A DNA stretch of 64,000 nucleotides, taken from Phoronis australis (Eukaryota > Animalia > Phoronida). Numbering within the stretch: the stretch's first letter is position 1; every line of letters begins with the position of its first letter. The stretch lies in NCBI GenBank assembly GCA_002633005.1, contig NMRA01000112.1, forward strand, positions 812,659 to 876,658, given 5' to 3'. The translations under genes were made by a program, and so were the position numbers. Under the pieces are notes generated by a model. It made no database searches. It saw nothing but the letters and a program-made list of their open reading frames with translations, and was not told the DNA's origin. Below, piece by piece: positions 10,701 through 24,400 of this stretch.

Positions 10701-12836
10701 GTAAATTTATCTAAATTTGAGAGCACTGAAATACTGAAAAAATAACACAAGTTCATAGCAAATGTAGCACTGGAATCATTAACACTTACATGTACATGTA
10801 CAATTGAATTCTCCTGGCTGTTGTCAATGCTTAAGATGATACAAATCTGCTTAAGTCACAAACTGCAATTATTACTAAGATGGAAAAATATCAAAAAGTA
10901 CTTCTTGGTGTTATCTGTCTATTTATCTCTCTCTTTACCTCCCTTCCCTCCCCCTTCCTCCCTCCCTCCCTCCCTTTCCTCTNCCTCTCGCCTCCTCCTC
11001 CCATCTCTATCTCTTTCTCCCCCCTCACTCACGTCTCTTCGCCTCTTTCAATTTATTGTCACGAAACACGTGTCCACTGGAAAGGTAGATGAGAGGGAAA
11101 ATCAAAAGAAACCATAAAGTTGCAAAATCTGTTTGCTCATGAAATTCATACTTTCTTGTTGTGTGTACTCTAATAATGGAGTCCCCCTTAACCGATCCTC
11201 GTGTCAGATTGGTCCTCAAGTGTGTCCCTCCCTTAAACTTTAATCCAGCCGCAGCTACTGATTGTAATTTACGATAATACTCACAGGGGAAGTAAATATT
11301 GAATCTCTGTCGTACAGGCGTCGGTAAACAATTTAAATCTGTCGGTCTTGTGTAGTTAGTTTTAGCTGGGAGTTAACTCGCGTGAAGACAATCTCCTACG
11401 TGTTTAGGGAATTGAAGTACCACTACCACATTGCAACTAAAAATTACCAAACTGAAACTTTTGTTTAAGCATTCATCCTTATTAAAATTTTCTTGTGCTT
11501 TGGTAATCTCATTGTTCACCTCTGAACTGAATAAATAAATGACTAAATAAAATTGCATGGAACAGTTGCAAGAACAAGTTATAACTTTGGAAATCAGCCC
11601 ACAGCAAACGGGCAATGTTTTGTAAAAATGGTTGGTTCTGACCACCTTTAACATATCCGAAGGTTTCTTGCAGGTAATGTTCACGTGCATCGCATCATGG
11701 CGGGAAAACGATAATATCGGCTGCTAATCATACTTCTAGAAACCGTAATTGGACGTACGCGAAAGAATGAATATTTAACCATATGTTGGCATTACCCTTC
11801 CATTGATCTCGACCTATAAACTCAACAATTGCCTGAGCTTAGTTGAAATCATCGTTTACAAAAGGACAGCAGTCGCTAGATTTAACAATTATGGAAAATT
11901 AGAAAGGGATTCTCAATGATTACAGGCCTTCTGTAATGATTACAGGACTGCACGATATGGCAATTTAGTCGGGATCTTCATGCAATCTCATGAGTGTCTA
12001 TTCGTTCATTAGATTATGTGCTTAGCTTGATTTAAACCGAAGTAAAAGACGAACATTGTCTAGAATATAAACGGAAATCTAATCACAAGGGTATTCACCG
12101 GATTCTACAGAAATCGATTGCTGAATTACTTTGGACTCCGACAATGCTGGTAACCGGCAGGAGGAGGAGCTCTAACGAAGAGTATTGTGGTGCAGTGACA
12201 GTCGAGGTACTCACAAATTACCTTTTTGGTGAAGACTGCCCTACTTTAAAACGCAAAGATAAGTAAGGAAACAAGCCATAAATAATAAACGAACCCCCGT
12301 CCTTTTCTTGTCCGAACTCTAATCAAGTTAGAGTGCCACAACTATTGATAAATTCTTTCGAACTAATGTAGTTACGGAATTTGGCACGTTAAATCCTTGT
12401 GCTGACAAGATGAAGGGACATCTTGCAGTAAACTAACCAACCCTTTAATTTGCAGTTTTTGTGCGCACAGCTTATACATGTAGTTTGTTTGGTGCACGGC
12501 GAACTAGACAACATTGCCCCGTTCTAATTAATATTCTAAGCCACCTACAGTTCTACTGAAAGTCGTTTTCAAGCAGGCTTATTTAATCTCCTGGTATTGT
12601 AATATATATAATTGAATCTGCATCACACATAACTTGGTTGTTCATTAATGCGAGAAAGTTTAAATACACAGATAACCATGTACTACAGCAGCATATTTTA
12701 TTTTATAACAAGCTGGGCCAAAACAAAGACAAAATACACTGAATCTGTAATCATTCTACACTTTCCTGTGTTGCACTTACCCGTTTTCCGGTAGAGCGGC
12801 GATTATAGTCACCAACGCCATCACATAGACGCCCAT
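3513..12836 (-). CDS. GABA-A receptor-like Cys-loop channel, alpha-type (GRD/CG8916-like) subunit, spliced 5' part; gene continues beyond the left edge of the window
   Basis: Phase-compatible GT-AG exons join to MGVYVMALVTIIAALPENG..KSAIDHNTKHITDILDTIFDEKTYEKRLRPSSGGPPDDVLIDIFIRSMGPIDETEMLYAFDCYFRQTWYDRRLKF...WTPDTYFYNGRGSYIHTISVPNKLIRIYPNGKVYFSSR. Motifs RSMGPI, DCYFRQ, PDTYFYNG and HTIxxPNK are typical of the GRD/8916 clade. Confidence 0.88.
4664..4790. repeat. (CATA)n tetranucleotide microsatellite
   Basis: About 30 mostly perfect CATA units are directly visible. Confidence 0.97.
5248..5315 (-). CDS. Alpha-type GABA receptor 68-bp exon
   Basis: tttcag|GC CCC CCA GAT...GAA ATG|gtaact; encodes (G)PPDDVLIDIFIRSMGPIDETEM; phase 1 to 0. 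A 68-bp exon at this position is typical of GABA-A/glycine receptor genes. Confidence 0.95.
5902..6002 (-). CDS. Alpha-type GABA receptor exon (N-terminal helix, YxxRLRP motif), 101 bp
   Basis: tgtttcag|G AAG AGC...TCG GGA G|gtttgt; encodes KSAIDHNTKHITDILDTIFDEKTYEKRLRPSSG; phase 2 to 1, compatible with the 68-bp exon. Confidence 0.92.
6876..7022 (-). CDS. Candidate extra N-terminal exon of the alpha-type gene (147 bp, phase 2-2)
   Basis: Acceptor ttcttttcccgtggtag, donor gtgagt, open in the required phase (PTVRAVGMGDRMMKACATLPNLLDVETGSTTTQFTRNANQHIAEVDGIS). No homology support. Confidence 0.4.
7258..8861. mobile_element. Old non-autonomous DNA transposon with degenerate TIRs and a perfect subterminal inverted repeat
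   Basis: Perfect 20-bp inverted pair TGACGTCACTGAGGCTGTAC (7412-7431 / 8670-8689), each about 150-170 bp inside degenerate termini (ttaa-aaggttcctgaattaca vs tgtagttcaggcctc). Confidence 0.55.
9265..10303. mobile_element. Non-autonomous DNA transposon (about 1.04 kb) with roughly 45-bp imperfect TIRs
   Basis: Left GGACCTTATCGACAAACTCGTGCACTTATCCAAATAACTACAAG vs reverse complement of the right end GGTACCTTATCGACACGTCTATGCATTTGGCCAAACATCTACAAA. An internal piece recurs inverted near 48362-48440. Confidence 0.7.
10925..11035. repeat. CT-rich low-complexity polypyrimidine tract (contains an N at 10983)
   Basis: Runs of CCCT/CT directly visible. Confidence 0.85.
11285..11338 (-). CDS. Candidate small N-terminal exon of the alpha-type gene (54 bp, phase 2-2)
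   Basis: ctaac..ccgacag|A TTT AAA...CCC CT|gtgagt; open (FKLFTDACTTEIQYLLPL). Strong donor, weak pyrimidine tract, no homology support. Confidence 0.3.
12781..12836 (-). CDS. Probable first coding (signal peptide) exon of the alpha-type GABA receptor gene
   Basis: ATG GGC GTC...AAC GG|gtaagt encodes hydrophobic MGVYVMALVTIIAALPEN(G). Consensus donor; the phase-2 end matches the 6002 exon. Confidence 0.65.
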
Positions 12837-15800
12837 AGCAGCCTCCCCGAGGCGGTTTCGTTTTTCCGCTCTGTAAAAAACGTTCGAGAGCATCTTTGCC
12901 GACGTGTATTCTGATTCAAATCAACCAGACACCAAAGTTCAAGGGAACCTCAATGAATACCTCATAAGAATATAAATCAACTTGGAGTCATCGTTTACTG
13001 GTCATGTAGGACAGTCTCACACGCGCGCCATGGTGAATGCAGTCCCGCAGTTGCGCTATTATGATGACCCTTGAGTACCATTCGTCGACGAATGAGATTG
13101 TCCATAGGTTACGTAGTAACATATGTATCACTCTGATCGTATTGGCTCACGGTTAGCATTTGTGTTGACTTGCTTTCATTTTTCGCGGAGGTCGATATTA
13201 CTTTAAAGTTTGGTGGCTCTCATAAAAGACCATGATTTCTTAATTCATCGATTTCGATATCTTTCTTTGAAGAAATCGCCACCAACATCATTTGGAGTCT
13301 TTTGTACTAAATGAAGCAAAATAATAGGCCTGGGAGTTTTGAACAAAATTGCTCTTAGTGGTTTATTCGACATTGGCGTTTCTGCTTTGCGCAGTAAGTG
13401 AAAGACCGGAAGCTAAGTCAGACATTTTTTCAGAAGGATTCCAGATATCCGAAGAAGCAGATACCTAGGCTTATGTTGAATGTTAGCGAATGCAGTATGA
13501 ATGGACCAGTCTGAAGCACACACACACCTTTACCTACTGTACACCTTATATAATCTTTGTTCAGCTAACGTCACTTGGGGATAAGTTCAAGTCGTTTAGG
13601 AGCTAAGTCATTTTGTAGACTATCATTGCCAGGTACTTTTATAACCCTTGTACGAACATATCTTTTGAAAGAAATTGAGATAATCATCATCAAAATTCTT
13701 ACATACATGTGTTCGATAGGATTTTCCTGACACTGTGATGTTTATCTTATCAATTTTGTTTCACGGTCAAAGAACATGGTTTTAAAAGAACGACTGGACA
13801 AAAATAAAAATGCCATATGAACGATTACGTAATGAGTCACTGTTTCAAAATGATGTTTAGTGTTCAAACCATTCCCATGTTCAGCCTCAAGTTGGACATC
13901 AGGACGATAACATTCACAAACATGTCTCGACGTATCGCTTGTCATAATATCAATCATCTTCATTATCATAATACCTGTACCATATTAACTGCCTTTATTA
14001 CTAAATCTATTTTTGGTGGTGGTGTGTTCGTTGTCATATTAGTATTCTTATCAGTAAGATAATTCTCAATTGTGTTATTGAATTGCACAAATATTGTCAT
14101 TTTCTTAAAACGGTCATTAATTCGATTTCCGACATAAGTTACAACCATTGATGAAGACCATTTATCGTTGTACCCAGTCAAAATAGATGTTGTTTCTTGG
14201 CTTAGAAAGCACTGAAAGTACATTAGTGTTGAGACCAAGCTTTATGTCATCAAAAAACCTTTTCATCTGAGAACGGAACGAATATAGACCAATTTTACAG
14301 TGGTGAATAATTTATATGAAAAGTTATCTTCGCGCATGGAGCACGCATTTATAATCGTTTTGAGTGTCAATAATTCTATGATTCTGTTCCTAATTATGTT
14401 TTATTAAAATTTTTGACAAAATAGTAAGTCAATTTATTACTATTAATATCATCACCGTAATTATAACAATAATGCAACCATACTTAATGCAATAATAAGT
14501 ACATGTAGTGTTATTGAAATTCATCACTATCATTATCATTTTTATTATTGGTGTAGAAATATTAAACATGAAAATAGGAAAATCGCTTTTGTCTGTATAC
14601 AATGGACGTTGAAGAGCAAAAGTCTTATGTGCGTGTTCTTACCTTATTTAAGGCTCTGTTTCATGGAGTATATCCGTTAAGGCAAGTCAATTTTCCTACA
14701 TCTCTATTGTCTTTAAATAAGGTCATAGATAATTTGATAACACATAATTGAACTGCACATCATTTAATAAAGACAATTTATTACCAGTAGTATCTCAGTG
14801 GAAATGAAATTAAATTCCGTCAACTTAATACATTAAGAAGTTCTGTGACGGGCAGATGCTGAAGAAGTGGGCAGATAATTCCGCATCTCTACCGAATTTA
14901 GCTGGAAATACATAGAGCAGCCTCCAATCATTTTACAAATAATTTTAAAGGACAGTGATTTGATCTACTGCGGTTCCCGTCCTGTAACGCAAGATACTAG
15001 CGAGTCAAAGTTGCGTTAGTACGAGCACCCGCTTTGTTGGCATGGCATGGTTATATCTCATCGAAGATTAACGTGGTCTCACAAGAAACTACTGTAGCAG
15101 CATTGGGTAAAGTGGTATCACGTGACCAGGCGAGAAACCATCAGAGGCCTAGAATTTGGTGTTTTGGCAGGAAAATGAATATAAGTTCTTGTAATTTGTT
15201 CTTGGCGTTGCCTTGTGATACAGGCCTACACTGGTTGATGTAAAATCGACAGTGGTTTCCACGTGAACTTGTTAGTCCACGCATGTCAGAGATATGAAAA
15301 TTTAAAACTTGTGTGTATGGATTGCAAGAAATATCTTACCGGTGGAGAAACTGTTGTTAAAGGAAGTTTAATCAAACTTTAAAGCAACACTGACGTAATC
15401 ATAGTAGTTTAAACTCCTTGCCTCTACTCTGAACGTTCACCACTGGCTTCACTGCAAGCCGTGTTTAAATGAACAGTCGGTGAAATTTCTACTTTTTACA
15501 AACAATAAACGTCTCGGCCACTTTTGATTTGAAGATATTTGGAACATAATTCGTATCTAGGAAACTGACTTTTTAACCAGCCTCATCATTCTTACTTTGA
15601 ATTACCACCACCATCATCAAATATTGATGAGAAAATTCATAAAAAAACACAGACCTGTACAACTGACGCCAGTTGATTAGAAAGCGTGAAATCATCTGTC
15701 AATAAAGAAACTGAAGTCAGAAAATCTCAGAATATCTCGAGAACGGTAATTCATACCGGCAGCGTAAATTGACAACCCATTTCGTACGGAGAACAGAGGC

Positions 15801-18161
15801 TCGGCTCTGTGAAAAGAAATTGGAAAAATTTCATTTCTTTTCGACAAAGCAACATGCATACAGCGTAGGAAGTTCATTTCGCCAAGTAACAGGCTGCGTG
15901 AGTCTCATGAAATATAAGTGATATATGGCAACATAATTGTGTTATTCAAAGTTCTTATGACATGCGAGATGAGACAAAAATGATCAATCAGCATTTACCA
16001 AAATACTGGAGTTTTAACTCGTACCCCACACTTCTTCTCAACAGGAATGTTCCAATATTTCTATAGGATACCGTACATACGGTTATCACATCAATATAAT
16101 GAAAATATTTGATTTTGTTCAGCTATTCCTACAAATAGTGTTATTCACGATGACATTATTTTTAAAGATGCCTTGGTAACCAATTGTTTCTAAAGAACAC
16201 CACAGGAATGTGGAGCTTGATAGGCTGATGCGCGTATTTCCTTTACATTAGCCTTGCTCACGTCTACAAATAAATGTAACGTACCCGCTCTACTAGTCGT
16301 ATCAAAATTTTTCAAAAATTATTACGTTGATAAAATAAAGGCCAATTATGTGTGCTATTATGATTAGAATTATTGGGGAAAACTTAAGAAATGCTAAATG
16401 AAGGGTCAGTTTTCCTTCCTGTCGTGACCATTCATCGTGTGCTTCAGATTTCAATCTGAAATGTTGTTTCTAACTGCACAGATCACAACCAATGTAATTG
16501 TGGTTGCACTGCTCGCGGACAAAACATTCTATATATTTCATTTATGTAAAAATATGTGCGAACTGAATATTAACACAAACCATTTTTTTTAAATTTATTC
16601 GTCAGTTATGCACTTTCAGCATGTCATCATTTTTAAATAAACAGAACTTAAAAGGTATAAAAATTGTAGTTTTACGGCCGAAAAACGAAATTTAGGATTG
16701 TTTTCAAACAGCCTGCTAATTGGCGTTAACCAGAGCTATAAAACAACAAAGTCCAGTGCGTTTTTAATAAAAAGTGCCAATTCTCGCCGATGTCTGTCAG
16801 GCTACCGCTGAAATCAAGGGTGATAACTTTATTAGTTAAATACAGGTGTACGCTCAAAAATACTTAGTCATTTACAGAATGGTGTTTAGCTCAGCGTTTG
16901 ACTGCTGCGACGGAAGTTGCTCTTTCAAGTCAGTGATGAAGCCGATCTCAGAGAATCACCTTTTTCTCCTATAAGGTTTCACATGAATACAAGCAGCACT
17001 CAAACCTCAACAATTTGATTGTTTTCCGAGACCGCAATATGCAAACACGCTGTCATGTCGGTGAGTTTGAGGCTCAGATGTATGGCCAACAACTGTAGTA
17101 ACTTGGCCTAAGATATTTCAACGTCACTTGCAAGAAGTGTAGTGTATCCTTGAGTTCCTTCCTACGGTACCCGTGGAAGACATGTCATCTACATCTACCG
17201 ACAGTACCAGTGATGGGTTTCTCAGTCTGTGATTGGTTACCGCTATTATTTACCGCGCCATCTACTGCTCAGTATACGTCACAGTTTCCTACATAGCACA
17301 TTCGTATTTCACAGAAGACATACAATCTAAAATGTGACAGGTTTTAAGCAATTAAATAGAAATACTTGATTAGCTATACAAGAAGGTAAATTGCCAGACG
17401 AAAGTTCACATACAATGTTCTCCAGCGCCCATTTAAGGATTTTTTTTGTACAAACTCGAAGCTTTAAAACGTATTTTTAATGAAATGAACGGGTGTAGCG
17501 CCAGAGACTATTATCAAGAAGCCAGTGGTTATCTACAGGGCCACAGAGTTTGACGGGGTCACCTAAACAGTTCAATTGGTTCCAAAATACTCTTTTGCGT
17601 GCAATAAAACGAACCATGGTCTTTGATGCGGGATATACAATTAAACCTGCCCAGACACTAAAATCTGAAACGCTGCCAATCGAATGGCACTATTTCGATG
17701 TAATTTATATCTTCCGGAAAACTCGTAATCCCTTGTATATTTTCAATTCAAATCAATTTAAAACAACCAAAAATTATAATAAACACGCATAAGCAACTTC
17801 AAACGTTCCCACTTATTTTGGAATTCAAAACACAAAGTGTTGCAGTGGGCTAGTAACCATTGCCAATATTTTCCTTATCAATATTTTGAAGCGGTATTGA
17901 TTTTATGATTTGAAAACAACCATTGCTTTGTAATGAGTGCAACTCATGAAGTTGGCCAATGGGAATTGGTTACAACGTGTTTGCGGCTAACAGCAACTAA
18001 CAACCTGTTTCTATGCTTGAATGCTAGGCATTTCTACTGCAGGATTCCCATTAAACAAAATGGCTTTTTCGGGTACATAAAGTGGTTACTGCAGAAAAAA
18101 ATAAAACCCATTAAACCCACGTGGTACATGTATTCTATCAAGAATACGATAAAAGGCCTTG

Positions 18162-18420
18162 GCCTGGGATCAAACCTTTTTACTTGAAATCGAACTGGGA
18201 ATAATTCTTGTCTTTCCATTCTACTTTGAACGAAGTCAAGATAAATACTTGAGGTTCAGTAATTAAAGGTTTGCGTGGATGACATTTTATCCCTATCATG
18301 CACTTGACGACTCCAGCATTACATGTAAGGCTGAAAGTTCGAGTCTGAACTCGAAATTTCGAGTTTTTACGAATATTGGGTCATCAAGTGCAAACTAGGA
18401 CTGGAAACTCATTCGCATAA
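18162..18420. mobile_element. Degenerate copy of the MITE family seen at 47829-48238 (opposite orientation)
   Basis: Shares ACTCGAAATTTCGAGT and flanking sequence (tttttacttgaaatcgaact..ctactttgaacgaagtcaagataa) with the 47.8-48.2 kb element. Confidence 0.6.
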
Positions 18421-21400
18421 ACCACAATGTTTATCTTCAGTTTGCACAAAAGTAGAACAGAAAATGACAAAATATTTTCGAGTGTACAGTATAACCACCT
18501 GTCTTTCAATACAATAGCATCGATTTGTAGGCCAATGGTCACGCAGTGGAATATGGTGCTTTGCTTCTTAGTCTGTGTTTTGAGAAAGAGTCACTTGGTT
18601 CATTTCACAGCGTGTTGCTTACAATGCAAGAGTACACGAGTGCCTGATATTTTACTATTATGTAATTCACAACTAGATTTTATCACAGCCTTTATCGACT
18701 GAAACTCAGCCAAACTGAACTGTACACAACTCTCTAAAATGGTGTCGTGAAAGCCGATGACAGATCACTGCTAAACCTGCATTGAGAGTTAAGAAGATTT
18801 TGTCGCCTTTAGTGGGGATCGGCCTGACAGCATCTACCCCCTACTGCGATTAATATCCGTTCTCCAAATCCGGACGCAGCGATTAGTTTACAGCTGAAAG
18901 AATTTTTACTCAGAAAAAATCAAAGGGTTATACGTCGTATACCTGATCATTTTTATTAGCAAAAAAGTGTTATTTCTGGGTACTTTGCGTGTGTAACCTC
19001 GATTTTTTAATAGATTATAAAAAAGAAAGGTAAATAGATAGTGAAGTTTCAAATGTACCCAGGTTAGAAGTAATCTCTAAGTTTGCAAACAACTCGCAGT
19101 TCATTTTTACTCTGATACCATGCTCGGAGCATACATTGGCCAACTATTACGGCCATCTTGTAAAGCTTGGTCTCAAGTACATGTAACAACGAACCGTCCG
19201 TTCTTTCAAAAACCTGAAATCATCTCCAATTTGAGCAGTGAGGACGTAGAGACCAATTTCACAGCAGTAAATGAATTGGTCAAAATCAAAAATCGCTCTT
19301 TTGTTCGAGGAAGGCGCGTATGATGCCGTTTAAATACGTTGGTATGGCCTTAAAAATCGTGATTCTTCCAGGTTTTGGCCTTAAAATATAATAGGATTCT
19401 TCAAGAGTTCGCCTTTTTTCTGTCACGTATACGCCACATACATGTAGGTGAAAAGCATTATCCAGTCACAAAGTGGATCCAGTCGTTCGAGGTGTGGCCT
19501 CTGTGTCCCATCTACAGCCGTCAAACAAAAGGGCCCACTCCAAGCGATAGATTTTGAAATACGTTTTCAAACCTGCTTTTGAGAGTTGTCAAAGGTTACG
19601 GCCCACAAAGTTGCTTCAGGGTTATTTGATACTTCTATTACGGTTTATATCGATCAAAGAGTTTGTCATATTTTATACCTAACATCGTATTAGTGAGATA
19701 AGGCTACATACATATATGAAAATATGAAATCTAAAATTCCATTGTTCCCAAATTCTGATTTTACTACTGTTGCTCTTAAAGAACGAGTCCTAATATAGAA
19801 AAAGGAAGTTCAAAAGCCACCCACTGGCCAATTTCAGCTTCCTACAACCACTTAATATACTGCTTCTAAAACCCTTAACGGATGATCTTTTGTCAAACCA
19901 GATTGAAGTTTTCAAGGCCAATACGAGAGCATACATGACAAGTAAGATCATTGAAGCTATATTTGTGTTTACTTTAAAAGTATTCGAGAGGTGTGTCTGC
20001 ATTTTCCAATGCGATTATTTAAAGAGCTAATGACACTACTTACCTGCCGATGTGCGAGATATCTAGAACTGCTGGGATCGGCTAACCTGTATTACGCGGT
20101 TTGCGTGAATCTCTTCTCATTTCAGTATTACCGGTGCCCATGTTTCTGTCCTCGGGGAATGGTGTGTTCAGAGTATTGTCTTAACATTACGTACTGGCGT
20201 ATAGCATTAGAATTATTCATGAACCAGCACGCATTGATAGTCACTAGTGTGCGAACACCTCTGAATATTTTTTGTTTGCTACCAACTAATCAGACCAATT
20301 TCCTTAATGTGAAAGAGTATGAAATAATTTGAACAAAGGAAACTGGCAGGAAGTTACAGCTCCTGTTTTCAGGTTGTGACGATTTCAAAAAAAAACATTT
20401 GTATTGAAATCGATATTTCATCCTTCAGTCAGTTTGGTGAAGGTTGGATTCATTTTAAACATGTCATTTAAAAGACTTCACGCAACAAGTGGACGGTTGC
20501 CACTGTGCTACATTGACTTCTCGTGAAGTGCGAGTGAAGTGTACTTTAAATACAGGTTCCATGCCATGGAAACTTTGGTATGGAAATTTTCATTCATGAC
20601 CTTGATATCTACATGTGACATACCAGTAAGTATGGTCGACTCCAATGTTCTACCCATTCAACAGCTTAAATGACATAAGACGATCAAACATTGTTCTCGG
20701 CTCAATACAGGAAATGACCTAGTGCTCTAAGCTCCGTCGTTTGTGGGTGGCCGACTAAATACGTTTTGTCGAAAAGCATGTTGTTAGTCAATTTATCTGA
20801 CTCATGCGAGTCTGTTTCGGATCAACGTTTTTTCTTTCGTTAGAAAACATCTTTTTCAACGTGTGCCATTAGGTTTACCGTGAAGAAATAGTATAAACCA
20901 AAATCTATAATTGATTTAACTTCTCTCACATATACGGTGTACATGTATGCGTCATGTGTATCATACTTTCCGTTTAAATGGTAACAAATGTATTGAAAAG
21001 AAGACTTCTTTGTCGTGGTATGTCTGCCTGATACATTCTCGTAAGAAGCAAGATTTGTGTCAAATACGTTATTTACTAACAAACCTACATCTACTGTGTA
21101 AAGTTTGTCGGCTACACGTTACCCTCAGGTCTGTAGATCCGCAGCTCAATTTCCCACCCCGAGCCATTTCCTTGTGCTCCCACTTTTTGTACAGTGGTAG
21201 ATGTTACAACTATTTGCCAGCAATGACGACACGCCTGTCCCATTTACATACATGCCTTTTACGTCTTTTTACTACATTTTTATTTTTTACCTGTAACGGC
21301 ATTTTCCTTTGAATACTTGTACTGAATACACATCAGAGTAAACCACTTTGTAATTTTGTAAGTCAAGCTTCACTTGCGGTTTATTTAAATGAGTGTCTAC

Positions 21401-24400
21401 TTACCCTTTTCTCAAGTATTTCGAATATGAGATACATGAGAATAGTTCTGGGTTTTAGCGTGTGAGCGCAAAACATGCTCACTTGACCAACGGCTGTACC
21501 GCGAACAGGTCACGTGGCATGCGACAGCTATTACCCCCGTCAGATAGCGCCGAATCATTATACATCTTATGACTGTATTCAGTTCATGAGTTGCTCGGGG
21601 ATTCATGATACGACAACAATTCGAAATACTTCAAAATCAAATCATGTCTCCAAAGTGGCCATATATTCTATTTCTCAGCTGTAACGTTAATTGCGAACTG
21701 TGAAATAGCTTGTGCATATTAAAATATTTAATCTTTGCAGACATGTGTGAGTGCGCATTTTTATTCGACGGTAATTTCTCAGTTGTTTTTGACGTTTTTT
21801 CTCGGAGCTAAATGACCTTCAATGAAACAATATTTGGCATGTTATGTGAATCAAATGATTTGTTAAAAGCTCTTCTGAGTCCAACTGTGGCAATTTATTG
21901 TGGACTTTACCGAGCTGGCGAATGACAAATGTGATTGGTTGGGAAAATCATGCCTCCAAAATCTAGGAAACGTGCAACGTTCAAGTTGAATACAGAATTG
22001 GCATCTACGATGAATGAATATCGCCCTAATCCACAATACTCTTTGGAAATCGCTAAAAGTCTCACTTTCATAAACAAAAACTTTCTGAAGGCGGTTTGTT
22101 TTAACAAGAACGAATCACGTGTCTATTACGCGCCCTGCGCCCTGTGGTATTGGTGATGCCGAGTGGCTATCCTTAGACTCATTGGCCCAAATCCACCCAT
22201 AACGGTAGAGGATTACAAAATAAGCGCATTTCAGGTATTTCTCTTGTTAAAGTTGCGTATTTTCGACAAATCATATACAGTGTAACAGTGTCAATGTATA
22301 AGACGTAAGAAATTCAGTTTCTGCTTTCAATAGCAATCATGTTACAGGAGACTCACCGCCTCATTAATACGCATTCAGCGGAAGAATAATAAGACACCGG
22401 GAAGCACTAAGATACTTAAATTAATACTAAGATACTTAAATTAATATGAAAAGAAATTAAAATTGAAATAACATTTTCACGATGATGTGTTAGTGCGACT
22501 TTGATGGCGACTGATGTCATAATCTTCACCTTTGGTGTCAGTGACTCCATCGTTATCGCCATCATCATAACTAAAATTTTTTTTCACGATATCGACATCT
22601 TCTTATTTTCAATCATCGGAACCAATTATAAGAACTCTCAATCAATACATAAATTTGTCATTACTGTACCTATATCCATAATTACCCATCTCAATAGAGA
22701 TGATATTAAAAAATTTAATTCATTTCTGTGCACTATGTGTAATCTCTTTCAATTTCTTAAATCTCGTCTGTCCAAAATTGACCAATGCCGGACACGGCAC
22801 TATTAGAGCAAACTTAAAATATTGTAATCAAATCGTTTAACATGGTTGGCTATGTTTTGAGTCTGAGTCTCGGTCGAGTACGATTTGAGTTCGGAGGTTA
22901 AGCTCTTGGCCCTGTACTTATTTGGACGTTTCGCCGATTACTGCCGACTTGTTCAAGCTTCTACGACACCTGGTGGTATGTGTCGATCTTGAGGCAATCG
23001 GCTGCGAACAATACTCTGTCCCATGTATGCTGAAGGTTTAATCTCCGCATCCACTTATTCTGTTTAAGGATATATGTTTGATTCTTTCAAGAACACTCTT
23101 ATTCGCATCACGTTCAAACATATTTTTTCCTCTCTGGGCTCAGTTCATCACCCAAATCAAAAGTGTGACACGACTCTTCACAAAGATGAACACAGCCAAG
23201 CATACGTCTAAAAATCATGATTATTCCGTACCACATTGGACGAGTTATATTCTCCACTGATATCTCCATACATACCTAAGCACACGCCATGCAAACCGAC
23301 TCCGTCATTTACTCAAGCTCATCCATTCACTGTGGAATCAGCTGTCACCATTGTACGGTTATTTCAGAAGAAATTTACTTTTGCTCTCAATACTCATGCT
23401 CCCCTCCCAGTTTATTTAATCTATAGGAAAACATGTTTTCTTAGACCGGTATCGATTACACCTTGGTGGTGAACTGGTTAAATTTTTGATGCTTTGATTA
23501 CACTTGACCTGTCGGAACTATATTAAGGTTAATCCAGATTACACGCTGGAGTCAATACACAATTTTCACCTCACGCGATGCCGAGGCACTGGCAGACTGA
23601 TGTTCATACGTAAGCCCATTCAATGGACGTGTTACTCATCATCTACTGCATTTCAATCAGAGAACGTTCATCTTGAGGTGGCAGGGTAGATTTCCGTAGA
23701 CTCAAGAATCTCGATAAGGAAGCTTGTTATAGATGGCGAAATCTCGTGAAGTCTCGCGTGTTCTTGCGTTGTTTGTGAGATGCTCGTCTCTACGGAAAGC
23801 ACGCCAGCTATCACGCTCACTTCAACATCACCTTCAAAACCAACAAAGCAAGCGTCCGTCAAATCAAACTTGAACACGTGTAAATCAAATCTCTCAACCT
23901 TGGAACACATATCGTATCTCCATCCCTTACTGAAAATTTAAGACACAGGTAAAATAACAAGAGCGTCAAAATACCTACACTTTTGACTGCCTTTCGTCAA
24001 CACTTTCAAGATAACGCCGCTTCCAGTCCACGTACTCAATTCGTGTTAATGATAGAGAAGAATACCTGCGAGACCAGTTTGTTAGCGTTAACGACTTGTT
24101 TCAGAAATTCCTTGTTTAGGCGAGAATAAGAAGGAAGAAACTGCCACTTCATTGCGATGCTCGGCTATTTTACTTAAGCAAAATGTCGGGATGTAAACAG
24201 TAACGCGTCGCTACCGACCAAAGTATACATGTATGAATAAAAATAGACTGTGCTCTTATATTAACATTTGGTAAGTCCAACCAATTCTCTGTTATTCAGC
24301 GGTGTAATTAAAGATACCGTATACAAGTGAGTATTCGCAGACTGTCTCACCTCACCGATTTTCAGCTTCAGGTGTTTTTTCTCGCATTTTGATTTTACAT

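Noticed and set aside
22406-22445. 20-bp direct repeat ACTAAGATACTTAAATTAAT x2 considered as a CRISPR-like or functional array
   Set aside because: Only two adjacent units with no spacer in a eukaryotic context; simple slippage duplication.
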